Under the pieces are notes generated by a model, which saw nothing but the letters and a program-made list of their open reading frames with translations, had not been told where the DNA came from and searched no databases. From contig JBNGIO010006314.1 of the NCBI GenBank assembly GCA_049999805.1, positions 266,173-318,452 on the forward strand: 52,280 nt of DNA, in the 5' to 3' direction. This document shows, piece by piece, positions 11,201 to 23,334 of the stretch. Every line of letters starts with the position of its first letter. The stretch's first letter is position 1. The position numbers and the translations under genes were made by a program. Origin of the DNA: Folioceros fuciformis (lineage: Eukaryota).

Positions 11201-12548
11201 TGCACAACTTAGAGAACGCGGACACCAAGCTGATGATGTATCCGTTGGCAGCAGCTTGGTGAACATGTATGCAAAGTGTGGCAGCCTACAGCATGCTCGA
11301 GGTGTGTTTGATGAATTTGTTCAAAAGGACGTGGTGATATGGAATGCCATGCTATCAGGGTATGCTCAGCAGGGACTGGGACAAGAAACCCTCCAGCTGT
11401 ACGATGTTATGCAACAGGATGGCACGACTGCACCTGATTCTCTAACTTTTGGGTGTCTCCTGCAAGCATGTGCGTGTGTAGGCACCCCAGCTTTGGAGAA
11501 GGGAAGGTGGCTTCATGGACACATTAGAAAACAAGGATATCAAGCTGATTCTTTTGTAGCCAATAGCGTGATAAACATGTATGTCAAGTGTGGCAGCCTA
11601 GAAGATGCTTCCAGAGTGTTTGGCAAACTTGATAAGAAAGACGTGGTGACCTGGAATACCATGATAGCAGGGTATTCCCAACAGGGCATGGGCCAGGAAG
11701 CCCTTCGCCTTTACGGTGCTATGCAAGGAGAAGGCACTATTCCACCTGATTGCATGACATTTGTGCACCTCCTGCATGCCTGTGCAAAAATGGCAGCTTT
11801 GCATGTGGGAAGGCAGCTACATGCAAAGATTGAAGAACAAGGGCTTCAAACTGACGTGTTTATCGGAGGCAGTTTGATAAACATGTATGGGAAGTCTGGG
11901 AGCATGGGGGATGCCCAGCAGGTGTTCAATGCACTGCCCGAACGAGACGTCGTGGCGTGGAGTGCACTGATTGCAGGCTACACCTGTCAAGGAGACGCTG
12001 ACCTGGTCTTCGACTTGGTCCAGAGAATGGACGAAGATGGAATAAAGCCAGTTAGCATTACATGCCTCAGTGTACTAACTGTGTGCAGTCATGCTGGTCT
12101 GGTGAACAAGGGAAGGAAGTATTTTGAGGCTATGGACCGACAGTACGGGATCACTCCCATGGTCGAGCATTACACATGCATGGTAGACCTTCTAGGCCGT
12201 GCTGGCCAATTGGATGAGGCACTGGCCTTGGTAAGGACAATGCGTGTACTGCCCCATGCAGCCATTTGGCATACTCTCTTGGGTGCTTGTCGAAAATGGA
12301 GCAATGTGGACGTCGGACGGAATGCTTTCAATGAAGCTGTCCACCTAGACCAGAAAGACGCTGCAGCATACGTGTTGATGGCTGACATATACACCGGTGC
12401 CCAGATGTGGAAGGAGGCAGAGGAGATGCAAGCAAGGAGAATAAGAATGAGGGCTTGGAAGCAACCAGGTCAGAGCTGGTGGACAGACATGGGCGGAGTA
12501 GTGCATAGTTTTCTGGTTGATGGGGACAATGTCCAAAGAGTCCAGTAA
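8232..12548 (+). CDS. PLS-class PPR protein (PPR1): 12 S-type motifs (~12 PLS triplets), E1/E2, truncated WW-type DYW start; putative organellar RNA-editing specificity factor
   Basis: Uninterrupted ORF, open from about 7800, with first ATG at 8232 (true start uncertain). Repeated NSLVNMYAKCGS/VTWNAMIAGY/VTFVCLLQACAS motifs; HYTCMVDLLGRAG; AAAYVLMADIY; C-terminus WKQPGQSWWTDMGGVVHSF then stop. Confidence 0.95.
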   Translation: MGVTADTVRKLCHLSQLAEAVEALGILVQKNSWGSKSVFYDVLRRCVVEKDIVLGRRVHALTLKKGYESDTFLCNHIIRMYASHGSLQDAMYVFTLVAQPDAFMWSSIICAHVQHGQGNQAIKLYHQMRGSGVKPDGHVYVAAIQACARVPDLKTGQLVHADVLASGLDSNQFVCSCLVDMYAKCGSLESAQDVFDRLGPKNVVIWNTMIAGYSQHGRGLEALRLYSSMEEEGIVTPDCVTFLCLLQACASVGAQGLEKGRQFHVQIRERGHESDVSLANSLVDMYAKCGSLEDARIVFEALDTKDVVTWNAMIAGYSQQGMGQEALHLFTVMLKEGSTVPNSVTYACLLQACASVGAPALDKGKHLHAQITERGHQDVFVSNSLVNMYAKCGSMEDAHRVFDRLVRKNEVTWTTLIAGYSQRGMGQEALYLYSAMQEAGMAAPNSVTFVCLLQACASIGTLALQKGKELHTQIRELGHHSDRFVGNSLVNMYLRCGSLVDAQRVFDSIGQKDVVTWNVMIAQYSQQGMEQEALHLYSAMQEDGTAVPDSVTFVCLLRACANVGIPALEQGMQIHSQIREQGHQTDIFVASSLVNMYAKCGSIDYARIVFDGLSHKDEVTWNSMIAGYAQQGMGQDALDVYSIMLKESSVRPNSVTFVCLLQACVSVGILSLQTGKEIHAQIREQGHECNGFVANSLINMYAKCGSIEDARGVFDKLSQKDVVTWNAMIAGYSQQGLGREALSVYCAMQEDSMAVPDSITFVCILQACSILGNPALQTGKQLHAEIKERGLLGNVFVTSSLVNMYAKCGSLEDAMRIFDGLSQKDLGTWNAMIAGCSQQGMGQEALHIYGVMEEGVVIPDSVTFSCLLQACASVGTSALERGRQIHRQIREHGYEYDRFVSNSLVNMYAKCGSLEDSQRVFERLGQKDEVTWTALIAGYSKRGMAREALSVYHVMQEDGLAVPDSVTYVCLLQACASVGKSALEEGKQLHAQLRERGHQADDVSVGSSLVNMYAKCGSLQHARGVFDEFVQKDVVIWNAMLSGYAQQGLGQETLQLYDVMQQDGTTAPDSLTFGCLLQACACVGTPALEKGRWLHGHIRKQGYQADSFVANSVINMYVKCGSLEDASRVFGKLDKKDVVTWNTMIAGYSQQGMGQEALRLYGAMQGEGTIPPDCMTFVHLLHACAKMAALHVGRQLHAKIEEQGLQTDVFIGGSLINMYGKSGSMGDAQQVFNALPERDVVAWSALIAGYTCQGDADLVFDLVQRMDEDGIKPVSITCLSVLTVCSHAGLVNKGRKYFEAMDRQYGITPMVEHYTCMVDLLGRAGQLDEALALVRTMRVLPHAAIWHTLLGACRKWSNVDVGRNAFNEAVHLDQKDAAAYVLMADIYTGAQMWKEAEEMQARRIRMRAWKQPGQSWWTDMGGVVHSFLVDGDNVQRVQ

Positions 12549-13817
12549 AGAACCTTAGGACAGGTGTCACACAAAGGAAACGAGGATGCCATACCCTTCA
12601 GGCAGGGGCAATGAACCCTAGTCTATCACCTACCACACATCACCACCTCCAAACTGTGGAAGCATCGTAAAGCCTTGATACAAACCCAACACGGAACTTG
12701 ATTTGTCCAAGGTGCTGTACTGGTGAAAGGGTGAGAGCATTGCAAGATGCTGCCACTAAAAAAATTGCTATCCAAGGTAAGCATACATCCTTCTCAAATG
12801 GTCAAGAAATCTTTAACATATGTCACATCTCCTTTTGTGTTCAATAACCAGATGGGGTATTTGAGTGGCTTGGACTTCACTTATGACGGACCATGTTTTG
12901 TCTTGTCCCAAATGTGAACCTGTACCGAATCGGGTTCAAAATTGTCTTCAAATATAATATTAGTTTAGGGTTAAATATTAAATAAAAATTAATATTTTTA
13001 AAATAAACAATAATGTTTTCATCAAGCAATGCACTTGCAAACACCAGGCCTTCCCTCCAGCACATTGTGGTGGCGCTGGCACCTCCTTGTATTATTAAAT
13101 CCCTGTGAGATGCGTTGCTGCAGGCTGGGCACTCTCCAGAGCGGAGTTAAAAATGTGTGGAAGCTTCCCACGTGCAGGTCACACGGAAGCACGTTGTCTT
13201 TCAGCAGCTTGGAATGTTGCTGGCCTCTTGCCTTTTCGGAACTTTTTCGAAGCATCGAGTTCAATGTGTCGGTATGCAGTATCGAATATCGTGACATCTA
13301 TTTCCTCAGTACAGAATTCAGTTGCTGACCCTGATGACGTGCAAAAGGCGGGACATGAGCACCTGTGACTGTGCCTATGATAGGTGAGAGAGGAGGCATA
13401 AGCTGTGTGGCAGCTACGAGCAAGCGACCCCAGGAAATACGAGTTGCAATTATACTAACGCATTGCTCCAGTGACCTGCATCACATTCTCAAGACTTTTC
13501 AAGTACATTCCAACGAGAAAGCTGAAGAGAGCCTTCATAAATCCTCGTATAAGCAGCTTACTATTTGCAAACACACTTATCAACATGGATTCCCTCTTTG
13601 TCTTGGTATCTCTCCCGGTAAAATTCCAATCCATTAAAGTATTGTACAGACGGGATTACTTGTGTGGACTTGGTTCTCCCTGCACCGATGGCTGTTGGTC
13701 TTTGGAAAGCTCTTCGTCCTTGGCTCCTGTACTTAAACCCTAAACATATCCAGAGAAGCCACTCGTTTGTAGAACGGAGCTAGTGTCTACTTATGTCTGC
13801 TTCTGCTTGGCACACTT

Positions 13818-15098
13818 TCAGAAGAGCCCTTTGCAGCGGCCCAGCGCATCCAGTAGCTGCTTCCTGCTGGCAATCAACATGCGGAGCAATTCATTCACTT
13901 GCTCCTCCAGGTTGTTAAGCCCGTGCTCGAAATCCTCCAAGTACTGCTTCAAAACGGTCAGTTCCTCCCGCATTTCATCCTCCAATTTAGCAGGCACGCG
14001 GAACACTCTCCCGGCTCGATCAGCTTGGATCATGTCCAGCAGCCGTCTCATGCTGGTGTCTATCCTCACCAGCTCCGCGAGGAAGGACGTCAATTTCGTC
14101 TGCTTCCTCTGCCATCCGATCTCCACGGGCACCCTGACCAGCGAATCCAGAAGAGGCGCAGCCCACATGAATTAACGCCTGATCTGGGATGAGCAGACCC
14201 AGGCCGTCTCCGCCAGCTTTGCTGGTGAGGGTCACATGCACCACGCCCAGCACGCACACGGTGGTCACCTTCGCTGCGTAGATCCCGGTTATGAAGGCGT
14301 TCCTTCCCTTGCTGCTGTCAACCCCCTTGGGAGGGAGAAATTTCTCTGTCAATCTCATGAGCAGCTCCATCTCCGGTATCCGATCCGCTAACTTCTTCAC
14401 CGACTTGCCCCCGCTCCCGTTAGAGCTCCCTCCGTGGCTGCTGCCATTGCTGGACTGGCTTCGCAGCCATTGCAGAGCGGCCTTGACCTTGGATATCCCC
14501 CAGCTCTTAGATCTCTTCCTCTTCAGCGAGAAAAGCCTTCCAGAGCTCCCAGACCTGTTTGTCCTGTCTGGCCACGAGGCGTCCTGGTCGTCGTCCCCCG
14601 GAGGCCTCTCCGTGAGAACCTGGAAATCTAACACTGCTTTCCCGACTTCTGCACCTGGAACTCCGTGACAGCGGCTGCAGAGTTCACGTTCAGGTAGTGG
14701 AGCACCAGACGCACCAGCATGTAACATTCTTCCAGCTCGGCCACACCCTTCTGCAGCCCTATGCACACGTCCAGCAGCTTGGCACTCTCGTCCAGGAAGT
14801 CCAACACGCACTTCTTGTCTCATTTCTTCAGAGGAGACAGCGCCAGGTCGGGAATCAGCGTGTCTACGGCCGAGTGCGAAGCGAGGACGATAGACATTCC
14901 CCAAGACAGCCATGGAAGTGACAGAAAATCTGCCTCGGAGGACGGCCTCAGGCCCTCCAGCCCGTCGGTGAGGTTGACATCAAACTCCTGTATCCCGCTG
15001 ATTCCACTCCTGCTTGATCCACGGAAGATGTTCCAGGGAAACTTCAAACAAGCACCTACCTTGGAAACGACGAATAAAGAGCTTGGGGCGCCTGACAT
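13818..15098 (-). pseudogene. BYPASS1 (BPS1)/DUF793-like pseudogene
   Basis: FLSLPWL...SHSAVDTLIPDL...*DKKCVLDFLDESAKLLDVC...SSKGRNAFITGIYAAKVTTVCV...LEDFEHGLNNLEEQVNELLRMLIASRKQLLDAL. In-frame TGA at 14820-14822 and frameshifts near 14645 and 14170. Confidence 0.75.
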
Positions 15099-16609
15099 GG
15101 TGCACTAATTGTTAAAAAAAAAAAGAATCTAGCCTTTACTGAGAGGAATTATTGACACGGGAGGGTGACAGATTACGTGAGAGCACTAACAGCTTAAACA
15201 ATGCTGCTTATCACTCCACAACACAGAGTGACGATGGGCCCCTTAAGAGTGCCATTTAAGGATTCTAGACACTATCTATTCTACCTTGCTTAAACTATAA
15301 GCAAAGTTCTTTTATCACTCACTCATATAGTATATATATTTAGCTATTAATTTATTTTCATATGTTACCCTAAACCACATAATTTTAGTACTCTCACTGA
15401 ACACTTCAAAACTAATCCATTAAGTCAAGAATCTTGCTAAACCTAACATGTTTGTCTAAACTCAAGTTTTGAGTCAATATATCTGCTGGCTTATATCTTT
15501 TATTGGATTATACTTCAATTTTACCTTCTTTAATTTTATCTTTTTTCTAATGGAGTAATATTTTACCTCAATATTTTACTTTATCCTTGCATGAAATATA
15601 GCATTCTTGGCTGAAATGATGCAATCTTGATTGTTATTAAAGATTATTGGTACCTCACTTTGCTTGAATCCCAACTCTTCTAATAAACTACGCAACTATG
15701 TCTGATGCAAAACATGTTGCCATGTACTTTGTTCTGGTAGAAAGATAAAGTTACAATAGATTATCTCCTACTATTTGAAGAAATAGTTTCTTCATTCAAT
15801 AAAACTACTGGATATCCAGTAGTGGACTTACTACTATCGACGTCTTCTGGCCAAGTAGAATCACAACATCATACCAATTTGGCTTGATTCGCATGCTTCT
15901 TTTGATACACTAAATTCTAATGTTCCATATCATTCAAGTACCTCATAATCCTTTTCACAACCCTAAAGTGTTGTTGTTTAAGGTAGACCAGAAATCGGCT
16001 AGCAACAAACAACATATGCTCATGCAACAATACAACTTCCTACAAAAGTGGCTCTAGTGTTGAAAATTAACTCGATGAAATATATAAGAACATTGAGAAA
16101 TCAAACATCTTCAACGTATTTCAACACTTTACATACAAGCCCTGACAACATTAAACAATTCAATCTTTCTAACAATATAATAAAACTCCCAACAAAACAA
16201 AAAAAATATCAGGCATATTTTGCAGGCCATAAAATTTTGTAGTCTTAGAGCTTAGGTGTTGTGTAGCTATTAGTGGATAGCCATTATTGTTAAAGCCTTC
16301 TTATTCTGGAGTTGTTAGTAGTTACTTAAATTTTATTTTATTTATAGAAAAAGAAAATTACCTCTACAGGTTTTATGCAAAGTGTGTTTAGGCCTCTGAT
16401 TTTTTTTTTCTCTCTTTTAGAAGCCTTATTAGGCACTTTGCTACAGTATGACATATCTTACAAAATTCAAAGACATTTTAAAAAGTGGCTTTTGGCCTTC
16501 GGCTAAAGAAAACTTCCTGAGATATATATCCTACATAATATTACGTATTTTACGTTCTCTGTCCCGAATCGGGTCGCATACTCTACATTCGGAGATCTGA
16601 GGGTTAGCC

Positions 16610-19600
16610 TCACGTGCGCTCCCACAGCTGATAATCCCCTCCCTTGTCGATGAAACGTTCCCATGAACCGACCAGATTGTCTTGCTTTGACGGGTTCCAA
16701 TCTAACCGACCGAGTTTCACGACCAGCTTTTCTCCAACTTGAGCTACATACCCGTCGTGGTTGGCATGCAGTATCTTGAGCGAGCTACGACAATGGACCC
16801 CAGTACGCGTTCTTGCGGCGATTAGTTCAGCGATAGGATCATGAAGACCGAAGTCATAGAAGTGGTCGTAGAACACTACAGGCTGCAGGAAGGAGTACCA
16901 TAACAGCCACGTTAGCATAGGTACCTGTCCAAGGTAAAACGGGAATTCATTCAGATAAACGAGGCTGTTGTCTAACCGTTCCAGGATGTGTGAGAATGTA
17001 AGCATAGCCCTGCATCAACTTATCTCTTGGAAAAGGCCAATGGCCCTGCGACAAAAGAGATGTTCGTTATCAGACAGCAAGAATAGCTGACCTTTGTTCC
17101 ACGATCAAGCATCACGCTGCTGTCTTTTGGTACAGTAATGTACCTGTGTAGACCCTGTATCGTGATTCTCCAGAAATGTCACTGCCCGTGAAGGCCACCA
17201 ACCAACAACTCCAGGAGGTTTACCTTGAGGGTCAATCAGTCTCCAATACTCTCCGTGTAGAGCTGAGTGCAGAATGCCCTATCATACAAGTATGATAAGC
17301 ACCAGTTTGTTTTGTTTGACGAGTGCACAGCTTTCTTTCACAGGAATCGCTTCGTAGTAGGTCAGTGACCTTACCTTGGTTGTCACGTCAAATGCCGAAG
17401 AGCTGCCCCCCGTTGCATTTATCCAGTTTATGATACGCTGTCGATGTTGATCTGTCAAGCATGGACACCCTATGTAATCTGTTCTATGGTCCGACGACCA
17501 ACCGAGCCACAGGTAAGACATTGCTCGGCCAATGCATACCTTGGTTATAGCAAACGTTACCACCCTCGTAACTCAAGCTGTCCCAGTACTCGCCAATCGC
17601 GAACACAGGCTCTGTTGCCTCTATGTACTCTTTAACGTAGCCACCCCAAAAGCCCCTGCCAACCTCAAATCTTCAACTTAGAATCACAACCTACAGAGCC
17701 AAGTTTTCGGTCCTCATTCATATTGTTTCTCAAGAGTAAACAGGGAGACACAGTACCTCACAAAGTCAAGCCGCCACCCATCATAACCGATCTCAGTCCT
17801 TAGCCACTTCATCCACTCCTTGACGTCTTTGCGTACGAAAGGCTGAGAGTGGTCAATATTTGGTGCAGCATGGAAAAAATCACCTGGAAACATGCGCCTT
17901 AGTTTACGTCTTCATATTCAATTCTCCAATAACTTATCAAATTTTTGCAAGCTATCAGGTTTTGTGTTCTTGAGGCGCCAGAAGTTCACCAGTTGAGGGA
18001 TTCCCTTGACCTCGAAAGTTTGGGTCATCTCGTACTATGGCTTCTGGACCCCAATCAAGTTTACCTCCGAAGATGTTCCATATCCCATCACTATTCTGTA
18101 TATCAGACGCAGACGCCATATTAGCGGTCGCAGTTTTTCCCCAGTAAAACCCTGGTATTGGGCCTGCTCTGAAGAAGACAAACCTGCGTCTGCGCGCAGC
18201 GATGGTTGAGAACCACATCCCCTAGCACCTGCAATAAGTATGTAAATACCAACATGAGTGAGGGAAAACTTGAACTACTTGTGAACCAATGCATGCGCAG
18301 TCAAGTCAGACATTGTAGTGTGCTGAAAGCAGCTCATCACCAGAATGTCATGATTGTGCATCTCTTCAATACAGGTCTTGAGTTCATCCTGTGTACCATA
18401 CGCTGAGTTCAGATTGTAAAGATCACTCGGCATGTAGCCTGCAACTCAAGGGGTCCCAGGTCAGTCTGTTGTTCCTCCACCGCAGAACCCCCAGTGTTGT
18501 GTTAGCATGAGCACTTAAGTCATACCCGTGGCATAAAACAAACCTTGAGGTGAGACAGATTCAGTAGGAGGGGGCAACCAGATAGCTGTGATGCCTGACT
18601 GTGCCAAGTCGGCTGCACGCGGGGCCAGTTCCAAATACCATTTTCTTCTCCAGCTTTCCCAATTGAAGCCTTGAACCTAAGAAACGTGACAGAGGCGATA
18701 CAGCAAGATAAAATGTTAACTGCAGAACCAGAACAGAGCTCTCCACTATCTCATCCTGGAAACTGATGCGCGGTGGAGCTGGAAAACATACCACAATCTC
18801 CCGTCCTGATCCTGTGCCAGGTTCTGACCAGGACAGATGTGTGTCAGGCAAAGGCCCACCAACAAATTCCCAACTCGTAGGCCGGAAAGATCAATCAAGA
18901 GAAACACACTATGCTACAACTACCTTGCTTTATGTCTGCGTCTTCTAGAGATCTTCTCCTCGGACCTTTCTTTTGCAACGCACGTTCCAAAGCTTTCCTC
19001 TGGGAATCCAACTTCTTCCTTTGAGAATCCAATGCTTCCTTTTCAGCTGCCTGCTGTGCGAACAAGTCATCTGGCTTGACCTTCGCATTTGCTATGGACC
19101 AGACTTCTTCAGGAGTAGGCAACGCTAGCGGAAGATCTGACTCGACCAAACCATCATTTGGCAATGTTTCCCTGGGAGGCAATCCTTGAAGCCCTGATTC
19201 GATTCTCCGTCTCATCCATTCTGGTGTTTCCCTCCGGGGCCCATTTGCGAGAAGTTCCCACTTTTTAGAACCATTTCCTAATGATGTGTCCAAACGCCCC
19301 GCGGTCAGCACATCCGCAACCCCTGGAGTGAGCTCCAGATTATCCAATCCCGCCTCCTTGAACAGGCTCTCTATGGCCAGAGCCCGTGCTTTCCAGGCCC
19401 CAACCAAATCCTCTGCAACTTTGAGTGACTTCTCAAGAGCCTGACATCGCCGCTGTAAGGCTTGCTCCTGCAGCTTGTCAGCTTTGCGGGCAACATGGGC
19501 TGCTACCTCAAGTGATTCAAGCTCTACCTTGAAGGCGGCTTTGGCTATCTCGTCCCTCGCACCAGCTGCATCCTTCAATGCCTCTACGGCACGCTTCATG

Positions 19601-20881
19601 CTTTGCTCCCGTTCAGCTGCAGCTCTGTCAGCAGCTTTCTCCACCTCCTGAAGTGCTGCTTCCGCTGCAGCCAGCCTACTCTCTGCGGAAAGTGCTCTAG
19701 CTTCAGCATCTTTCAGCTGCATAGTCAGGCGCTCCGTTTCATCCGTTTTCAACACCAACTTTCGTTCCAACGCAAGTCTGGCCTCCTGGAGCGATGCAGC
19801 TGTTGCCTCGGCGTTGGCCAGATTGTCGAATACTGCCAGCCTCTCCGTCAAGGCAGCCTCGGCTTTCCTTGCATGTTCCTTGGCCTTGTCCGATGCCTCC
19901 GTAGCTTCTCGGATGGCTGCTTTGGCTTCCCTCACCACGGACTTAGCTGCTTCATCTGCGGCTCTCCTGATCTTTTCTTCCAGCTGATAGGATGCATCAG
20001 CGACAAGTGTCTCTGCAGCTGCCATTTTCAGCTTCGCATCTTCAGCCAATTGAGTGCTGGCTTCGTTGACAGCTCGTATCGTGACCTTCTCCACCTTGAG
20101 CGCTAGCTCGATAGCTTCACTCTTTGCGGTCTTCAAATCCGATTCCAGAGCCACCTTCTCTTGCACCACTGCTTCCCAATCGGATTTGAAGGCCGCTTTT
20201 GCAGCTTCCATATCAGCGATGGCCTTTTCCCTGGTCTCCAATACCGTGGCACGGAGCAGCTGAGCCTTGGCCTCTGCTGCAGCCGCAGCTTGAATGGCAT
20301 CCAGCTGAGCATTTTCCAAAATACTGGCTCTCTGCTCTGCCACAGCCAAGGCCGATCTGAGACTTTCCACGTCGTCTGCATTTTGATAGCCTTGATCGGA
20401 AGCAGAAACACCGTCAAGGTCGGAAGACAAAGTCCTCTCGGAGGTGTGTGCAGTGCCACCCTGTGAAACAAAAACAACATTCCACTATCAGGTGCGAATC
20501 CCATGCATGACAAAAACCACCAGAAACTGCAGGAGGATACGGAGGACTGAGTTCCCACCTCGCCAGGGGAGACAAGAAGCCGTGAACCCCGTCTCAGCCG
20601 AGCATCCTTCTTTTTGGTTCGTGAGCTCCTGCAATCGGCGTCAAAGGAGGATAAGAAGAGAGGAAGGACGCCTAAAAGGATGCCAAATAGACTGAGGAAT
20701 GACCTCACCTTACCACCAGCAAGGGGGAATTGGTTGACCAAGCAGAGGAGCCAGAATGCGGTGCCAAAGACGTATGAACGACACAAGGTGAGTGACGCGA
20801 ATGAGTCACATGCGAAAGAGAAGCCACAGCAGTTGCCCTCGGCAACTGAGTCCTACATGCCGGAGAACTCACGGCCGCCAT
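16610..20881 (-). CDS. Alpha-amylase (GH13) with transit-peptide-like N-terminus and a long coiled-coil extension; multi-exon
   Basis: Catalytic-domain exons [72 protein letters not shown] 1.5-kb Ala/Glu/Lys-rich coiled-coil exon (about 18925-20460) precedes them. Likely start [12 protein letters not shown] at 20881. Confidence 0.9.
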
Positions 20882-22159
20882 GACCTGTGCACACAGGAGG
20901 AGAGAGAAGAAGGGCCGGAGTGAGTACTCCACGACAAAGGGCAGGACCGCCGGTAGAACCAGCTAGCTACTCGCGAAAAACAACATCAGGTCCCTGTTCG
21001 AAGTTAGAAAATCCTGCCAGTCGTGCATAGGATCGCGAGCTGCCTGATCCACAATCTCCGGAATCACTCGCAACCTCAATCTCCAGTGTGAAAAATTCTT
21101 AAAGCACTGCTGGCCGCGGTCCCGGCCGGGCGACTGATCCGAATTCCAACATTGCCTCACGCCTGGCCAATTCCACCTGTCTGCCCCAGGCTGAAGGAGA
21201 TGCTCACAGAATTTACACTCCGAAAGCATCGAATTGCCTGGAAAACTGCGCCGCCGCATCACCCCTGCACATGAATCCAGAATCTTACCATGCGAGCAGG
21301 AGCCGACACCACAGTCCGCCCCGGCAGGCTCTTCTCCGGAAACCACGTGATCAAGAGTCCGTCAGCACCCGGGGACAGGATGAGCAGGAGAAGAGCAGAT
21401 CCGGCAGCGGCATCTCAGCATTCACTCCCCCACGACCGCAGCAAAGGCCGAATGGCGAGCAGGGCGCACAGCCCAGGCGCCTCCGGCAGAATCCGAGCTG
21501 AACTGCAAGCGCTGTCCCGGGGCGGAGAAAACGGCGGATTGGTAGGAGTGGTTGAATGCATTTGGAGATTGGTTGATCGAGGGAGCGGAGGGAAAGGGGA
21601 GTGTTGACGGGACGATGGCGGACGTGAGTTGGACTCCAGTCCGGTCCAAACCGCGGGCAAGGCGCGGGGGCAGGGGGGGAGGCGAGAGATACATACCTTA
21701 TTTTAACTGGCGACGCGCCTTGTGCAATTTTCACCACCTGCTCCCTCCCTACGGCTTGCTGTCGTGTCGTGATCCAACGGGGAGATAAGATGGAATCAGC
21801 AGAGGCCCTACGGGCACGTAAAATTCGTAAAATCTAGTAGCGACCGGTATCTCGACGTGGTCCTGCCCTACGGGCCCTCAAGACACCACTTCTCCTCCAA
21901 TACTATCGCCTGTAAGATATTTTCGCCCAAGCCACGGCCCGGCTCCTTAATATACTACTCTTAAGTACGGTACCAACTAACTATGCACACTAAGTACTGT
22001 TTTGATTGAATTATTCAAAGTAGGGAAACAAGATAAAGTGGCTAGCTATTTTGTATGCAAAGGGCAGTTTCTTAGCTTGACGTCCTTTCTCCTACTATCT
22101 TCTTAGCATTCATGGAGTCTTCTATTAATCAGCCTGTTTGACCTTTCTTCTTCTCCATT

Positions 22160-22510
22160 AATCTTGATTAGCGAACTAGCTTGGGATTAGTAGCCCTAAG
22201 ATGACCTATCTTTCCAATCTGTTCTAGGACTAAGATTCTTGGTCGTTGTTTTACATGCATCTTCTCATGTAGTCTTGATTAGTCAACTATCTTGATATCA
22301 CTAACTCTCAGTCAACTAGCTTTAGGTCACCACAACTAGCTTTAGGTCACCAACCCTGAGATGACCCATCACTGGAGTGTGTCTTAAGATTGAGAATCTT
22401 ACTTCTTGTTGTGCATGCATTTAATGATGTAGTCTTCATTAGCGAACTATGTTGAGATCATCAACCATAGGGCGACCTATCTCTGTAGCATGTGCTAGGA
22501 TAGAGATTCT
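22160..22510 (+). repeat. Three degenerate ~110-150-bp direct repeats
   Basis: Recurring tcttgattagcgaactag...gatgacctatct...aggactaagattctt blocks, plus an internal duplication of caactagctttaggtcacc. Confidence 0.55.
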
Positions 22511-23334
22511 TGCTTGTTTTTGTGGATGCATCTTGTTCTTCTAAGCACCTCATTAGTTGAGTTTGTTAAGAATATTTTAAGGAATTGCTGAGAGTAAGGC
22601 TAGCTCCATAGGTCCTAACAAAGGCTGGAAGTTGTCTATACTCCCTGCTGCTTTAGGTGTGGAACATCTCAAGTCTAGGCTGGTGGGCTATCTTATTGTA
22701 GAGAGGTAGTTAACACACTTAATTTCACAAGAGTCTTAGTCATAGCATATTTAGAAGTAATCTAATTTGAATGGGGACAACGGAGAATGAACAAAGCCTG
22801 ACTTATAGGAGAATGTGAGACTTAAAACCATAGCCCCCAGAAGGCTAATTGTACATGTCTCACCTTTGTGCCCTACTGTTTTTGAATTGATGCATCCTAG
22901 ATTGGATCCAATGTGCAATTTGACTATTGAGACAAAGGGTGAAACATAGTAAAGGAGTCATTCCAATCAGATTGAGTAAGTACCAACAAGAGTAGTGGAG
23001 AGAAATCATCCGCTATTGCTATAAAGTGATGTGCCTCAATAAAAAATAAGGAGAGTTCCACATGAACCAAAATAACCTAACTCTTAGGGCTGAGAGGTTG
23101 ATAAGCAAGAAGGCTTGTATGTTGAAATCTCCATTGCTAAGCAATGGAGATCATGCTTTACACATTGGAGATGATAGTGCCAAGAGGGGCACCTTATTGC
23201 AATATAGATCCTATTGGAACCTAACAAGGAGTTTGGCTCAATTGAAATGCTCTAGTCAATAATGCAATAGGAGAGCAATCCTCTTCCGTAGTGGAGCAAT
23301 AGAAGATGCCTCAACAACATCAATCGAATGATCT

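Noticed and set aside
13020-13740. Short ORFs with a faint PPR-like appearance
   Set aside because: No repeat motif can be sustained in any frame.
15110-16500. AT-rich stretch as a possible transposon remnant
   Set aside because: No termini, TSD or coding remnants were identifiable by eye.
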